From Minisyncoccia bacterium (GTDB lineage: Bacteria > Patescibacteriota > Minisyncoccia > Phycocordibacterales > UBA918), in contig JBGSPE010000011.1 of assembly GCA_041738755.1 (NCBI GenBank), positions 70,658-134,657 of the forward strand: DNA of 64,000 nucleotides, in the 5' to 3' direction. Below are positions 26,564-36,151 of the stretch, in pieces. Position 1 is the first letter of the stretch; each line of letters begins with the position of its first letter. Position numbers and translations under genes: made by a program. A model generated the notes under the pieces. The model saw nothing but the letters and a program-made list of their open reading frames with translations. It did no database searches and was not told the origin of the DNA.

Positions 26564-27655
26564 TTATGCAACGGTTTTAAGCGCCAATCCGATTGCGGCA
26601 GCGTAACCAAACGAGTGCCTGAGATCAATTGGTGGTACGGTGTGTTCAAGTGAGAAAGCATTCTCCCAAACATTACCGCGATACGTAGGGATACCAATGG
26701 TCTCAGTTAGGTATTCAGGTAACCCCTTAAGATTAGCACTCCCCCCACATAAAATGATTGTACTAATTCGCCGATTACCTTCATTACCAATTCGCATATG
26801 CCAATACTGCATCCTCGTAGCAATCTCATCTTTTATCACTGATACTGTTGAAAGTAATGAATCAGTCACTTCTGAAGAATCAACTCCACGAACAAGCCCC
26901 TGGGTATTCTTAATCTGGGTTAATTCAGCTTCAGGAGTATTTTCTCCGAGTACTTTTCGTAACACTTGTGAGAGCTCAACTCCTCCAATATCAATTGTTG
27001 ATGTATACAAAAGAGCACCCTGATAAACAATACCGATACCGGTTCTAGTTTTACCAAAATCAACCAACAGTGATGCTTGCGTAGCGGCTCGAGGCACCAC
27101 CGCCCGAGCCATGGCTTGCGCTTCTACTTCAAACGAAACAGGTCGCAGTCCAGCTTCAATACACGCGTCAAAATACGTCTGCACGGTCTCCTTTGCATAT
27201 GCCACGACTGATACCTGTGCTGAGCGTGAATCTTTGCTCAACGGTAAAATAGAATAATCAAAAAATGCTTCTCGTGAGGGAATTGGAACGTTCTCTTCCA
27301 GACGAAACTCAAGTAAACTGCGAACTTCCTTCATCGGAATATTTTTCTTTATCTCAGTTTCAAATAAGTATGCTCGCTCTTCAGGTAGTGATACTCGAAC
27401 AAACTCCGCATTTGTTTTATCTTTAAATTCTTTCAGGACTGAAACTAATTGTTTTGGCTCTTTTATTTCTCCTCGTGACAGTGTTCCAGCTGGAATATTG
27501 ATATCGCCCCAGGCAGTTAATTTCCGATCAACATTATCAAGTAGCGTAGGTTTAAACGATACATATTTTAATGAGGTATCAGAAATATCTACCCCCATAC
27601 AAGGCATGGTGATATACGCCGGTGGTGGCAAAAGACGAGAAAGAGCGCTAAGCAT
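26564..27655 (-). CDS. pilM: Type IV pilus assembly protein PilM (actin-like ATPase)
   Basis: Actin/HSP70-fold motifs (GVDISDTSLKYV ... LCGGSANLKGL). Confidence 0.75.
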   Translation of the reverse strand: MLSALSRLLPPPAYITMPCMGVDISDTSLKYVSFKPTLLDNVDRKLTAWGDINIPAGTLSRGEIKEPKQLVSVLKEFKDKTNAEFVRVSLPEERAYLFETEIKKNIPMKEVRSLLEFRLEENVPIPSREAFFDYSILPLSKDSRSAQVSVVAYAKETVQTYFDACIEAGLRPVSFEVEAQAMARAVVPRAATQASLLVDFGKTRTGIGIVYQGALLYTSTIDIGGVELSQVLRKVLGENTPEAELTQIKNTQGLVRGVDSSEVTDSLLSTVSVIKDEIATRMQYWHMRIGNEGNRRISTIILCGGSANLKGLPEYLTETIGIPTYRGNVWENAFSLEHTVPPIDLRHSFGYAAAIGLALKTVA

Positions 27656-27711
27656 GTCTTTACAGTATACGTTGTTTGGTCAGAAATATTGTGAGGAAAC
27701 TCACATCTTGA

Positions 27712-28326
27712 CTACCACCAGTAGGTATACAGCAAATATCCGATTGCTGCTCCAATGGAAAGTATCGACGCAAGTGTAAGGTGACGCGTTGCTAATGCCA
27801 ATGCCTTTTCACCGAACCGGTACGTGAGATACGCGACAACGCCAAAGCGCAGTGTTCGACCCAAAGCAGAACCAATAATAAACATTACGAGACTCCCTTT
27901 TAATACTCCAGCTGCCACCGCAACAATACCGTACGGAATAGGCGTAAACGCCCCTAGAAATGCCACGGTGAAGGTACCTTGGTCAAAAGTCGCTACCATC
28001 TGACTAAAAGTAGAGAATGATTCAGGCGATAAAAATCCGAGCAGTTGGTCGGTAAAAAAAGCTGCAAAAATATATAACATTACTCCACCCAACACAGACG
28101 TTGCTACCGAAACAAATAACGCGAGCCAGGCTTTTGAACGATTAGCCACAATGTACGCAGCGAGAAATGGATCAATCGGACCAGGGAACGCGAGGGCTGA
28201 ATCCACAAAACTAATTGCCCCCAAAACCCACAAACCGTATCGTGACCGTAAAAGCTGCCCAGATTTTTTTACAATTCCGGTTACTTCTTTTTCGTAGGTT
28301 TCTGGAAGATTACTAATTTTAGTCAT
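27712..28326 (-). CDS. DedA/YqaA-family membrane protein
   Basis: VLGAISFVDSALAFPGPIDPFL motif; polytopic. Confidence 0.55.
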   Translation of the reverse strand: MTKISNLPETYEKEVTGIVKKSGQLLRSRYGLWVLGAISFVDSALAFPGPIDPFLAAYIVANRSKAWLALFVSVATSVLGGVMLYIFAAFFTDQLLGFLSPESFSTFSQMVATFDQGTFTVAFLGAFTPIPYGIVAVAAGVLKGSLVMFIIGSALGRTLRFGVVAYLTYRFGEKALALATRHLTLASILSIGAAIGYLLYTYWW

Positions 28327-28331
28327 TACAA

Positions 28332-28664
28332 TTATTTGACTTTTGTTCCTGTAGGAAGGTCAATGTTTGGATGAAGTAACGCCAGTCCACTGTCTGCCGA
28401 GGCGGCGAGAATCATACCATTACTTTCAAGTCCTCTGATTGTCCGTGGTGCAAGGTTAGTGATAAAAGGGCACTGCTTCCCCACCAAACTTTGCTCATCT
28501 TCAAAATACTCTCGAATTCCTGAAAGAATCTGCCGAAATTCTGACTCCCCAAAATCTACCTCGAGTCGTAATAACTTATCTGCTCCTTCAACAATCTCGA
28601 CAGTTTTTATCGTACCGAGTTTAATTTCCAATTTTGCAAAGTCATCGTACGTAATCATTTCCAT
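28332..28664 (-). CDS. tRNA-binding domain protein (CsaA/EMAP-like OB fold)
   Basis: FAKLEIKLGTIKTVE...GMILAAS pattern of the Myf tRNA-binding domain. Confidence 0.6.
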   Translation of the reverse strand: MEMITYDDFAKLEIKLGTIKTVEIVEGADKLLRLEVDFGESEFRQILSGIREYFEDEQSLVGKQCPFITNLAPRTIRGLESNGMILAASADSGLALLHPNIDLPTGTKVK

Positions 28665-28665
28665 A

Positions 28666-29046
28666 TTATTTTTTTCGAGTGATAAAGCTATCGAGAATTA
28701 TTGCAGCAGCGGCGGCATCAGTCTGTGAATTCTTACCCTGGATGCGGATTGCTTGTTGCGTTGAGTATTGTTCAGGTTCTAGGTGAATAGGAATAGGTAA
28801 CGCGAGCGTAAGGTCAGTCATAAACGATTCTACGGCGCGGTGGATTGGATTGGCTTTACCGGCTTTATCAACTGAGTAGCCGATGACGATTTCTTGAACC
28901 TGCTCCTTTTCAATTAAGGCTGTGACGGTAGCAAGTAGTTTCGAGTCATTTGGAATAACTCCCCGCGGGAATGCCATCACCCCAGACTCATCGGTGAGAG
29001 CAATGCCCACGTTCTTACTCCCAAAATCTATCCCCATTTTTCTCAT
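28666..29046 (-). CDS. ruvX: Putative pre-16S rRNA nuclease / Holliday junction resolvase-like YqgF (RuvX)
   Basis: MGIDFGSKNVGIALTDE N-terminal signature. Confidence 0.8.
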   Translation of the reverse strand: MRKMGIDFGSKNVGIALTDESGVMAFPRGVIPNDSKLLATVTALIEKEQVQEIVIGYSVDKAGKANPIHRAVESFMTDLTLALPIPIHLEPEQYSTQQAIRIQGKNSQTDAAAAAIILDSFITRKK

Positions 29047-29101
29047 GGAGGTAGCATACCACGAGTCTTCAACCTTGGCTTCTCGCTAACCAAAGAAGCC
29101 T

Positions 29102-29899
29102 CTATAGGCGATAGAGTATTGAATCTTGAGGAGAAAATGGTAATAACTGCTCAGCTGGAACTGTCACGGGCTCAGCGCACGCCTCAATCACATGAGGATA
29201 TTGCGGTCGTACCACAATAGCCTGAGTTGTTGTAGCAAGCCTGAAATCGTGAGTATAGTTTAAAAGCGTCTCGAGGTTATTTACAACTGAACAACTCCCC
29301 TCCTCTGCAATATCAGCACTCATTTCAGCCAGCGTGATTTGTGCAGCATAGATAGTTTCAAGAATTAATTCCTGATCTGTATCAAACGACTCAAATAACA
29401 TCGGGAATTCTATTAACTCACCGGTTGTCATATCAAAGGTGAGCGTCTGTGTAAAATTATTGACGGGATAGGCACCTCCACAAAAATAATTTCCACTTGC
29501 GTTTACACTAAAGATATCATTTTCAGCATAGTCGACTGTTGTTACAACATTCCATTCGAAGGTTTCGTCAGATGTGTCTGGTCCGCAACCAGCCTGACCA
29601 AATGTCTCAGCAATTTTTTGATTTACTTGCTCCAAGATTAGCGGTTCACGGAATGAGGTAATTTGTGGATAGGTGAATGCAGGGTCATTCGTTGGAACCA
29701 TGGTGTATGGTATGCCGGTAGTGCTCGCCTGTGTTGTTGGCGGTGTATTGATTGTGTATGTCTGCTCTGCGTCTTTCTGAAGTTCCAGCACAATGCCATA
29801 TTGCATACCAAGATAAAACGTCACGAGAGGAAAGACTCCCAAAAAGAACACAATCGCAGCCAGTTTTGAGTACCAGGTAACTTCATTAAATTTTATCAT
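29102..29899 (-). CDS. Hypothetical membrane-anchored extracytoplasmic protein (possibly DUF3298/DUF4163-like)
   Basis: N-terminal TM; no firm family assignment. Confidence 0.3.
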   Translation of the reverse strand: MIKFNEVTWYSKLAAIVFFLGVFPLVTFYLGMQYGIVLELQKDAEQTYTINTPPTTQASTTGIPYTMVPTNDPAFTYPQITSFREPLILEQVNQKIAETFGQAGCGPDTSDETFEWNVVTTVDYAENDIFSVNASGNYFCGGAYPVNNFTQTLTFDMTTGELIEFPMLFESFDTDQELILETIYAAQITLAEMSADIAEEGSCSVVNNLETLLNYTHDFRLATTTQAIVVRPQYPHVIEACAEPVTVPAEQLLPFSPQDSILYRL

Positions 29900-29965
29900 A
29901 TATACGAATGGTAGATTAGAATCCTAGATTATTAAAATGACTTATTAACGTACCGCAGATACGCC

Positions 29966-30574
29966 TTACTTGAGCTCGTTAAGGATGGTTTTAATTTTGC
30001 GAACTCTTGCCGCTTCGGACTTTAGGTTAAAGAGACTCTCTAGGCGACCACGCTTCCAAGATCGAGACTTTAATTCCCAGACTTTGTGTAAATTTTCTTT
30101 CGTTAAAGTAACCTTAAAATCCTCTGGTAGCTTTAAGTTATCAACTTCGATCAAAGCGTTCCAGGTGCCAGTTTTCTTAGCTAACGTAACCATGGCTAAT
30201 CCACTTTTTTGCATTCGGTTTTCTTTTGTAAGGATCTTTATTTTCTGCTTATTTACGTTTGACCAATTACTCTTAGGGTTCCGGGGGGAGATGCGAATAC
30301 TAGTGACTTCGTCGTTTACTTTTCTCGGCAAACTATCTATCCAACCATAACAGAGTAATGAATCAACTATTTTTGAGTATGTTAGATCACTTTTTTGAAG
30401 TGATTGTTTGTAGTAATGTAACCAAATTGATTCGTCTCTATCGTAATGCTTAGCTAACCACACTTCGAGTTCAGATTGTGAACGTACAAATATATATTCA
30501 TTGTTTGATTTTACAGTATCCATGCACTGATTTATTTTATTTTTTCTTTTTCGAAGAGAACCACTTGGCCGCAT
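29966..30574 (-). CDS. YdeI/OmpD-associated family protein (likely true start near 30520)
   Basis: CYGWIDSLPRK...SPRNPKSNWS pattern characteristic of YdeI (PF13376-like). Confidence 0.5.
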   Translation of the reverse strand: MRPSGSLRKRKNKINQCMDTVKSNNEYIFVRSQSELEVWLAKHYDRDESIWLHYYKQSLQKSDLTYSKIVDSLLCYGWIDSLPRKVNDEVTSIRISPRNPKSNWSNVNKQKIKILTKENRMQKSGLAMVTLAKKTGTWNALIEVDNLKLPEDFKVTLTKENLHKVWELKSRSWKRGRLESLFNLKSEAARVRKIKTILNELK

Positions 30575-30824
30575 CAGGTCGTCGATGCGGGCAACCTGGC
30601 CAACAACACGGTCGTTTTTTGCCCTTTAATAAATCTTCTTGCAAACGGCGGAGATGGTCTGCTCTGGTCTCAGCTTTTTTCACAATCGTGACATAACAAA
30701 TCCATTCATTGCGAGCGAGCGGGGTTAATGTCTCCCACTTCGCAGCGACCTTAGGCGACATACCCAAAACACCAGCCAGGTCTTTGGGGATTTTATGCAT
30801 GAAGCTGGTGGGTGTAGATTTCAT
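30537..30824 (-). CDS. Small protein resembling the YdeI C-terminal region
   Basis: IPKDLAGVL...AKWETLTPLARNEWI...AETRADHLRRLQEDL. Confidence 0.35.
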   Translation of the reverse strand: MKSTPTSFMHKIPKDLAGVLGMSPKVAAKWETLTPLARNEWICYVTIVKKAETRADHLRRLQEDLLKGKKRPCCWPGCPHRRPDAAKWFSSKKKK

Positions 30825-30833
30825 GCGCAGTAG

Positions 30834-31292
30834 TTAGGTAACATCTATATCAAAGTGGGTAATATCAGTTTCAATTTTACTTGCTAGCTTCGTGTATAAC
30901 GCTACCGCAGGTGCATCGATATTGTCAGCTTGCACAAAAATTACCTCAGCTCCTCGTTCCCGAGAGATTATTTTTAACACTGCAATTAATTTCGTCGCAA
31001 TTCCTTGCCGGCGGTACTGTTCACTGACTGCTAAATCATACAAATATACTTCGCTTCTCTCTTGTTCAAATTTTTGAAGTTCATACGCTACCAAGCCTCC
31101 AACCACCTCCTCTTCTTCTTCAGTGACTGCAACGAGAACAATATTGTTTGGATTTTGTAGTAGTAGCTTGATATATGTTTTTGTCGGTAACTTTGCTTGG
31201 TAGGCTTCATTATCCTCAAATGCCTCAGCAAAAACCTTCATGAGTTTTTGAACGAAAGCATCATCATTTTCAGTGAGTAATGAATATTTCAT
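30834..31292 (-). CDS. GNAT acetyltransferase closely resembling AAC(3)-I aminoglycoside 3-N-acetyltransferases
   Basis: VAYELQKFEQERSEVYLYDLAVSEQYRRQGIATKLI...VIFVQADNIDAPAVALYTKL...HFDID parallels the AAC(3)-Ia core as recalled from memory. Confidence 0.6.
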   Translation of the reverse strand: MKYSLLTENDDAFVQKLMKVFAEAFEDNEAYQAKLPTKTYIKLLLQNPNNIVLVAVTEEEEEVVGGLVAYELQKFEQERSEVYLYDLAVSEQYRRQGIATKLIAVLKIISRERGAEVIFVQADNIDAPAVALYTKLASKIETDITHFDIDVT

Positions 31293-31476
31293 AGGTACAT
31301 TTTACCATGATTTATGACGGTTAAAGCTTATATCTTTAACGCAATTACACAGTATGGTTCCCCCCAGCATGGCTCCAGATTTAGATTCCTAACGCAACTG
31401 TACGCAGGGCACAACACAAAAAGTAAATATAAAAACACCCCATCAAGGTGAGGTGTTTTTTTATTAAAGATATACT

Positions 31477-32085
31477 TTATTTTTTACTCTCAACCTCCAT
31501 AGTCATCACTACTGATGGACGTAGAGCGACTCTTTCTAAGTATGTCGTAAGGTTTTTGTGTTGACTGATATCAAACTGGAATATGTGGCGCCAGTTAAGT
31601 ACTGTAAATGCATATGCGTCTGCCACGGTAAAACTATTACCGAACAAAAATTCATGCTTAGCCAATTGGCTATCCAAGTAAGCTAGTCGTTTATGCAATT
31701 TTTCAACATGCATAGCAAAACCTTCTTCAGTGTATATAGACTTAGCAAAAAATTGACTCATTCCCTTATGTAATTCTGAACTAATAAAAGTCATAAGCTC
31801 TTGGAAGTGATATTTTTCCATTCCCTCACCAGAGGGATTGAGTCCTTTTTCAGGCTTCTGGTCTCCCAAGTACATAAGAATTGCCACACCTTCAGTCAAC
31901 ATGTGTCCCTCTGCAATTTCAAGCGCGGGAACATAGCCTTTAGGATTAATCGAATAATAATCACTACCATCTTCAGTAGTGTGTGACTTCAAGTCTACTT
32001 TGATCGGCGTCACTTCAAGTTCAAGTTCTTTGGTCACAATGTGTGATGCCATAGAACAAGCCCCGGGTGCGTAATAGAATTTCAT
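31477..32085 (-). CDS. gstA: Glutathione S-transferase (beta class, GstA-like)
   Basis: MKFYYAPGACSMASHI...NPKGYVPAL...LTEGVAILMYL closely parallels E. coli GstA. Confidence 0.85.
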   Translation of the reverse strand: MKFYYAPGACSMASHIVTKELELEVTPIKVDLKSHTTEDGSDYYSINPKGYVPALEIAEGHMLTEGVAILMYLGDQKPEKGLNPSGEGMEKYHFQELMTFISSELHKGMSQFFAKSIYTEEGFAMHVEKLHKRLAYLDSQLAKHEFLFGNSFTVADAYAFTVLNWRHIFQFDISQHKNLTTYLERVALRPSVVMTMEVESKK

Positions 32086-32225
32086 AATTTAAAATTTAAT
32101 ATGTAACATAAACAGTATAGCTACCTACTTTACTTTGTAAAGTATGGCAATATGCGCACGCATCTAATACCATCCGGGCCATTAGGAATGTAATCGTGTT
32201 CTTTTCGACCGTGAGGGCACAAACG

Positions 32226-32256
32226 AAAAAGGCACCCTTTGCAGGGTGCTTTTTTT
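32226..32256. terminator. Bidirectional terminator hairpin
   Basis: aaaaaggcaccctttgcagggtgcttttttt. Confidence 0.45.
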
Positions 32257-32257
32257 A

Positions 32258-32475
32258 TGTGTGCTCCCGCCAGGAAGTTCGGTCACTCTCATGGATATTT
32301 TGTCGCTTGCGACAAAATATCTCATTCGCTCGACCCCCACTCATTGCGGTCCTCGGCTACCGCCTGCGGGCTTCGCCGCAACTCGGTTCGATTCCTGGAG
32401 GAAGCTACAACGGCAAAGGCCCAGAAAGTATTCACTTTCTGGGCCTGCCATTTGTGCTCCCGCCAGGAATCGAAC
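32258..32475. repeat. Region containing two extra copies of a 17-23 nt tRNA-Arg 3'-end fragment (cctggcgggagcaca) and an oppositely oriented tRNA T-arm fragment
   Basis: tgtgctcccgccaggaa at 32258, 32448 and, in the intact tRNA, 32611; ggttcgattcctgg on the + strand at 32385. Confidence 0.5.
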
Positions 32476-32614
32476 ATTACATGTTCAGTACAGGTTGTCG
32501 CTATTTTTACAAAATAGCTGGCAACCTTTTCGATTCTTGCCACGGATTTTTTACAAAAATCCTGCAACTGGCGGAAGCACGAGAAAAGCCGGCTAACGCC
32601 GGCCACCCTTCTTG

Positions 32615-32686
32615 TGCTCCCGCCAGGAATCGAACCTGGAGCACCGGTACCGCAAACCGATATTTTATCCATTAAACCACGGGAGC
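32615..32686 (-). tRNA. tRNA-Arg with an apparent GCG anticodon (unusual)
   Basis: Acceptor GCTCCCG/CGGGAGC, anticodon stem TCGGT/ACCGG with loop TTGCGGT, T-loop GGTTCGATTCC; D- and T-arms nearly identical to tRNA-Arg(TCT). Confidence 0.55.
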
Positions 32687-32733
32687 AAATAATTTCTTTT
32701 CTACACCAAAGCTGATGTGTGGCACATCTTACA

Positions 32734-33234
32734 TCAAAAACCGAAAATTTCCAGCACTTTCAAGAAGAAGGGTTCGTGTAGTTCTTCTTCGGGAATTCGC
32801 TCACGGAGGATGTCCTCAATCGCATCAACATGCTCGAGGGGCAAAGGAAGAACAAGGAGTGGAACAGACTTGCGGGTGGTTCTGATAAGAAGCTGTGGGC
32901 CTCGTGGATCTTCTTCGTCAAGATGGTATGAAACAAGGAGTGGGAACGGAAATAATTCATCTTCAACTTTAATGCCTCGCACACTTACACCGTACGGTAC
33001 AATCGCTGGACGTTTAGCTGCTGAAATTGCGAGCACCCCGCCAGCTAATCCAAGCAAAAGAGCGAACATTACATTATCTAAAAGAATAGCTGTGAATACG
33101 AGCGCCGCCACAACAATAAGCAAGGCCAAAAACCAGTCATTTCCCTTCTCAACATGGTGATGTTGTGGGGCCTCCCAAGAAATTCCACGTGCTGTTGGTT
33201 CCATTTCCAAAATTGTAGCACGGGGACTTGCCAT
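32734..33234 (-). CDS. Hypothetical two-TM membrane protein
   Basis: ORF with two hydrophobic helices; no family recognised. Confidence 0.35.
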   Translation of the reverse strand: MASPRATILEMEPTARGISWEAPQHHHVEKGNDWFLALLIVVAALVFTAILLDNVMFALLLGLAGGVLAISAAKRPAIVPYGVSVRGIKVEDELFPFPLLVSYHLDEEDPRGPQLLIRTTRKSVPLLVLPLPLEHVDAIEDILRERIPEEELHEPFFLKVLEIFGF

Positions 33235-33316
33235 GAGTGTACAATTCGCCTGTCTTCTGTTACTATCTTGGCCACAAATAACTAGTTATTTGTCCTGATG
33301 AAAAATTGAATATATT

Positions 33317-33405
33317 GGAGGGATGGCTGAGTGGTTGAAGGCGGCAGTCTTGAAAACTGTTAAGGGTTTACGCCCTTCGAGGGTTCGAATCCCTCTCCCT
33401 CCGCC
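33317..33405 (+). tRNA. tRNA-Ser (anticodon TGA), long variable arm, CCA encoded
   Basis: Acceptor GGAGGGA..., anticodon loop CTTGAAA, variable arm, T-loop GGTTCGAATCC. Confidence 0.85.
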
Positions 33406-33498
33406 AAGTCGTGCTAGCACGAGACGCGTCAAAATGGCGCTACTCTAGCAAGTAAAAAGCTCGTCAGAAATGACGAGCTTTTTACTATCTGTTGATAT

Positions 33499-35262
33499 CT
33501 ACTGACTAGATTTTTGAATATGTTGAATGATTAAATTACGATTTTTTAACCTAAACGAATGACACAATGCGACTGCCTCAAATTGAGCAATTTTAGATTC
33601 AAATCGTCTTGCTTCAAAATTTGCACGAGTCATGGCTGTTCCGTGGGCACACGCCATTACATAAATTCGTTCCTTTTCCGTAAAAAGAGTAACGAATTCA
33701 TCCTCCGACATCTTTGCCCGCTCTCCCGCATGCCACCTTTGGTAATACTCTCGCAACTTACTACCATCTCCTCGTGCTGACTCTTCAATCACATCAGCGG
33801 CTATTTCCAGCTGCGAAACAGCATCCCGTACGGAACCAGCAAAACCATCTTTAACCTGAATTATATAGAGCTTATTTTCCGAAACATGAAGCAAATCAAA
33901 GAGTTCGACTTTCCCTCTTCCGTCCCAAAGATAATATTTGTCCCCGAAATAAAAATTATCGCTATCGATATAAGCCTCGTTATAAACACCTTCATCTGCA
34001 TGATTCCAGTTAATAAAAGGTATGTCAGTACTCAGATGACCACGCTCAAATAACTGTTCAACCAGGTCTTCAAGAAGATAGTCGAAAAAACTACCAACAG
34101 GTTCATACCATTTACCATCAACATAGAAGTATGTCTTTCCGTCGATATGTACTTCACCATGAAAGTACTTCCTCAGCTTAGCCTCAAAAGGTGCGGCATC
34201 CTCATGGGCCTTAAAAGTGAAGTCAAATTTTTCAAAGCTTTTTATAAACTCATCAATACCTTCATGATAGTTCACCAAGTTAGCTGTTCGCATATGTTGC
34301 AAAACCTGTACAGCATTCGGAGCATGAGCTTCGTCGACCATTGAATTTCCTACTTGATACTCACACCCAGACAAAAACTCGGTCACACTCTCAGGGTGAC
34401 AAAAATCATAATCAGCTACTCTACCGTAGGTATCGTCCACTAACGCACGATAGAAAATTGTAAGTAATGAGGTTTCGAGTCGTTCTCTCATTTGCTTTGA
34501 CTTAACCTCAGCAAGAGTGTCGAGGTATTTAAACTTTTCTTTACGTTCAGCGCTCAGTGCGGGCAAGCCTTGGAGAGCATTTATGAGCTTAATTATTTGC
34601 TCCAGATTCACTGATTTACGGAAAGTAAACGACGACTTCATTTCGGCACTAATCTTTTTTCGATGATCTAGCACAAGACTTAGCTCCGGATTGTTCTGAA
34701 TGATGGTGGCATCAATTTCCCCGTACAGTTTTTTCCAGACCTTTCCAAAAGCTTCTGAGCGAGAATAACTGTACGAGCGGCGGTAGTTCTCTGTTTTTGA
34801 GTATACTTCACTCACTAGGTCACGTACTTCCGCGTATTTGAACTCACCTTGAAATAACTTTTTTGAGACCTCTAGGGGAAATGAGTCATCAGTGTAGGTT
34901 TGAATGGCGAAATAACCTGCGCCGGCTGTGAGTACAAAGATGTCATTTACATCATATACAAATAAAATGAAGTCCTTGTTTATACTTTGGAACAGTTCAG
35001 AATTATTACGCTCGTCCTCATTTATTGGATCTACAAAATCCGCCCAGGTAAAGGAGATGCGTTTTTTATTAAATAATTGGATTCTTTTTTCTTGGAACGT
35101 TGCGGCAACGTTTACTGGCGATAGTTTAAAGTCTTCATTTTGCTCTTTAGTATTATAGTTTTCAACTATAAGTCCTATAGTCTGATCAGTCGTCATACCA
35201 GCAAACAAAGTCCGATCTCTATCTATTTTCCAAATTGCAAGGTTGCTTTTCTTTTCTGACAT
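33499..35262 (-). CDS. Large uncharacterised protein (587 aa); possible C-terminal PD-(D/E)xK-like nuclease motif
   Basis: ELFDLLHV...LYIIQVKDG resembles the hhD...(E/Q)xK nuclease core; last gene of the cassette. Confidence 0.35.
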   Translation of the reverse strand: MSEKKSNLAIWKIDRDRTLFAGMTTDQTIGLIVENYNTKEQNEDFKLSPVNVAATFQEKRIQLFNKKRISFTWADFVDPINEDERNNSELFQSINKDFILFVYDVNDIFVLTAGAGYFAIQTYTDDSFPLEVSKKLFQGEFKYAEVRDLVSEVYSKTENYRRSYSYSRSEAFGKVWKKLYGEIDATIIQNNPELSLVLDHRKKISAEMKSSFTFRKSVNLEQIIKLINALQGLPALSAERKEKFKYLDTLAEVKSKQMRERLETSLLTIFYRALVDDTYGRVADYDFCHPESVTEFLSGCEYQVGNSMVDEAHAPNAVQVLQHMRTANLVNYHEGIDEFIKSFEKFDFTFKAHEDAAPFEAKLRKYFHGEVHIDGKTYFYVDGKWYEPVGSFFDYLLEDLVEQLFERGHLSTDIPFINWNHADEGVYNEAYIDSDNFYFGDKYYLWDGRGKVELFDLLHVSENKLYIIQVKDGFAGSVRDAVSQLEIAADVIEESARGDGSKLREYYQRWHAGERAKMSEDEFVTLFTEKERIYVMACAHGTAMTRANFEARRFESKIAQFEAVALCHSFRLKNRNLIIQHIQKSSQ

Positions 35263-35347
35263 AAGTTGCTTTTATACACTTTTAACTATTCGACCAGTTA
35301 ATTATGCCGCTATCAAAACAACCTGGCAGCTAGCCGCCAACTGCAAA

Positions 35348-36151
35348 CTATGTTGTAGCGGCATTTATATCTGCTGCGGTTTTTTCAATTAAATCTTTAA
35401 GGGAATTTGCCTCTAAAGTGATGATTTTCTTCGTACCGTAAGCTAGATTCAGCTCCTTCATTAGTTTTCGAACTCTCTCTCGAGAACTGGCAAACTCAGT
35501 ATGGGTACCTAGATAATCTAGGACTGATATTAAGATCCGATTTGATCGTCCCATCGCACGTTCGAGCACCTGCTGATAGATATCTTGAGTAGACAGCAAA
35601 ATACCAGTGTAGTAATAAGGATCGTCCTTCTTTAACCCTCCAAAGAATTCTGGATCGGTCTCCCACGGAGCATGTGTCAGGTGTGCAGCCCACCACAGTC
35701 GTGCGATTGCATGACGACGAAGATCGCGATCGTTGCCACTAATGAACCAGTGTTCAAGTAGGTAGTTAATTGCTTTACTTTTTTCCACCGAATCCTTAAG
35801 GCTCTCGAGGGATACATTCAGCCCCCATCGGGTGAGAGAGTATTTTCTAAATTCCACATGACTCAGGTAAGTCCATAGTCGAGGATCGGACGCCTGTGTT
35901 TCGTCTAGATTTTTGTAGTGCTCGTGGAGTGAAATGGCGTTGTCCAAATCAGCAGACACAGGATCTTTTTCAGGTGTCGCAAGTACCGGTGGCTTGCCCC
36001 CAAGAGCTATTGTAGAAGTGAGTAGTTCTGCTTCGTTCACTGGAAAATCTTCCTTGAAATAGTTTTCAAGAGAAATTCCGGACCGCAAATCATTGCGCAT
36101 CTTATCGACTACCGCCCGTTTAAATATTTTTTGTGCAAGGTTTTTACTCAT
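35348..36151 (-). CDS. Uncharacterised protein (267 aa), cassette component
   Basis: ORF; 8-nt overlap with the upstream gene (translational coupling). Confidence 0.35.
   Translation of the reverse strand: MSKNLAQKIFKRAVVDKMRNDLRSGISLENYFKEDFPVNEAELLTSTIALGGKPPVLATPEKDPVSADLDNAISLHEHYKNLDETQASDPRLWTYLSHVEFRKYSLTRWGLNVSLESLKDSVEKSKAINYLLEHWFISGNDRDLRRHAIARLWWAAHLTHAPWETDPEFFGGLKKDDPYYYTGILLSTQDIYQQVLERAMGRSNRILISVLDYLGTHTEFASSRERVRKLMKELNLAYGTKKIITLEANSLKDLIEKTAADINAATT

Noticed and set aside
32196-32675. Six overlapping ORFs (92-159 aa) on both strands
   Set aside because: The region is occupied by a tRNA gene, tRNA 3'-fragment repeats and multiple hairpins. The ORFs are Arg/Pro/Ser-rich translations of GC-rich structured DNA.
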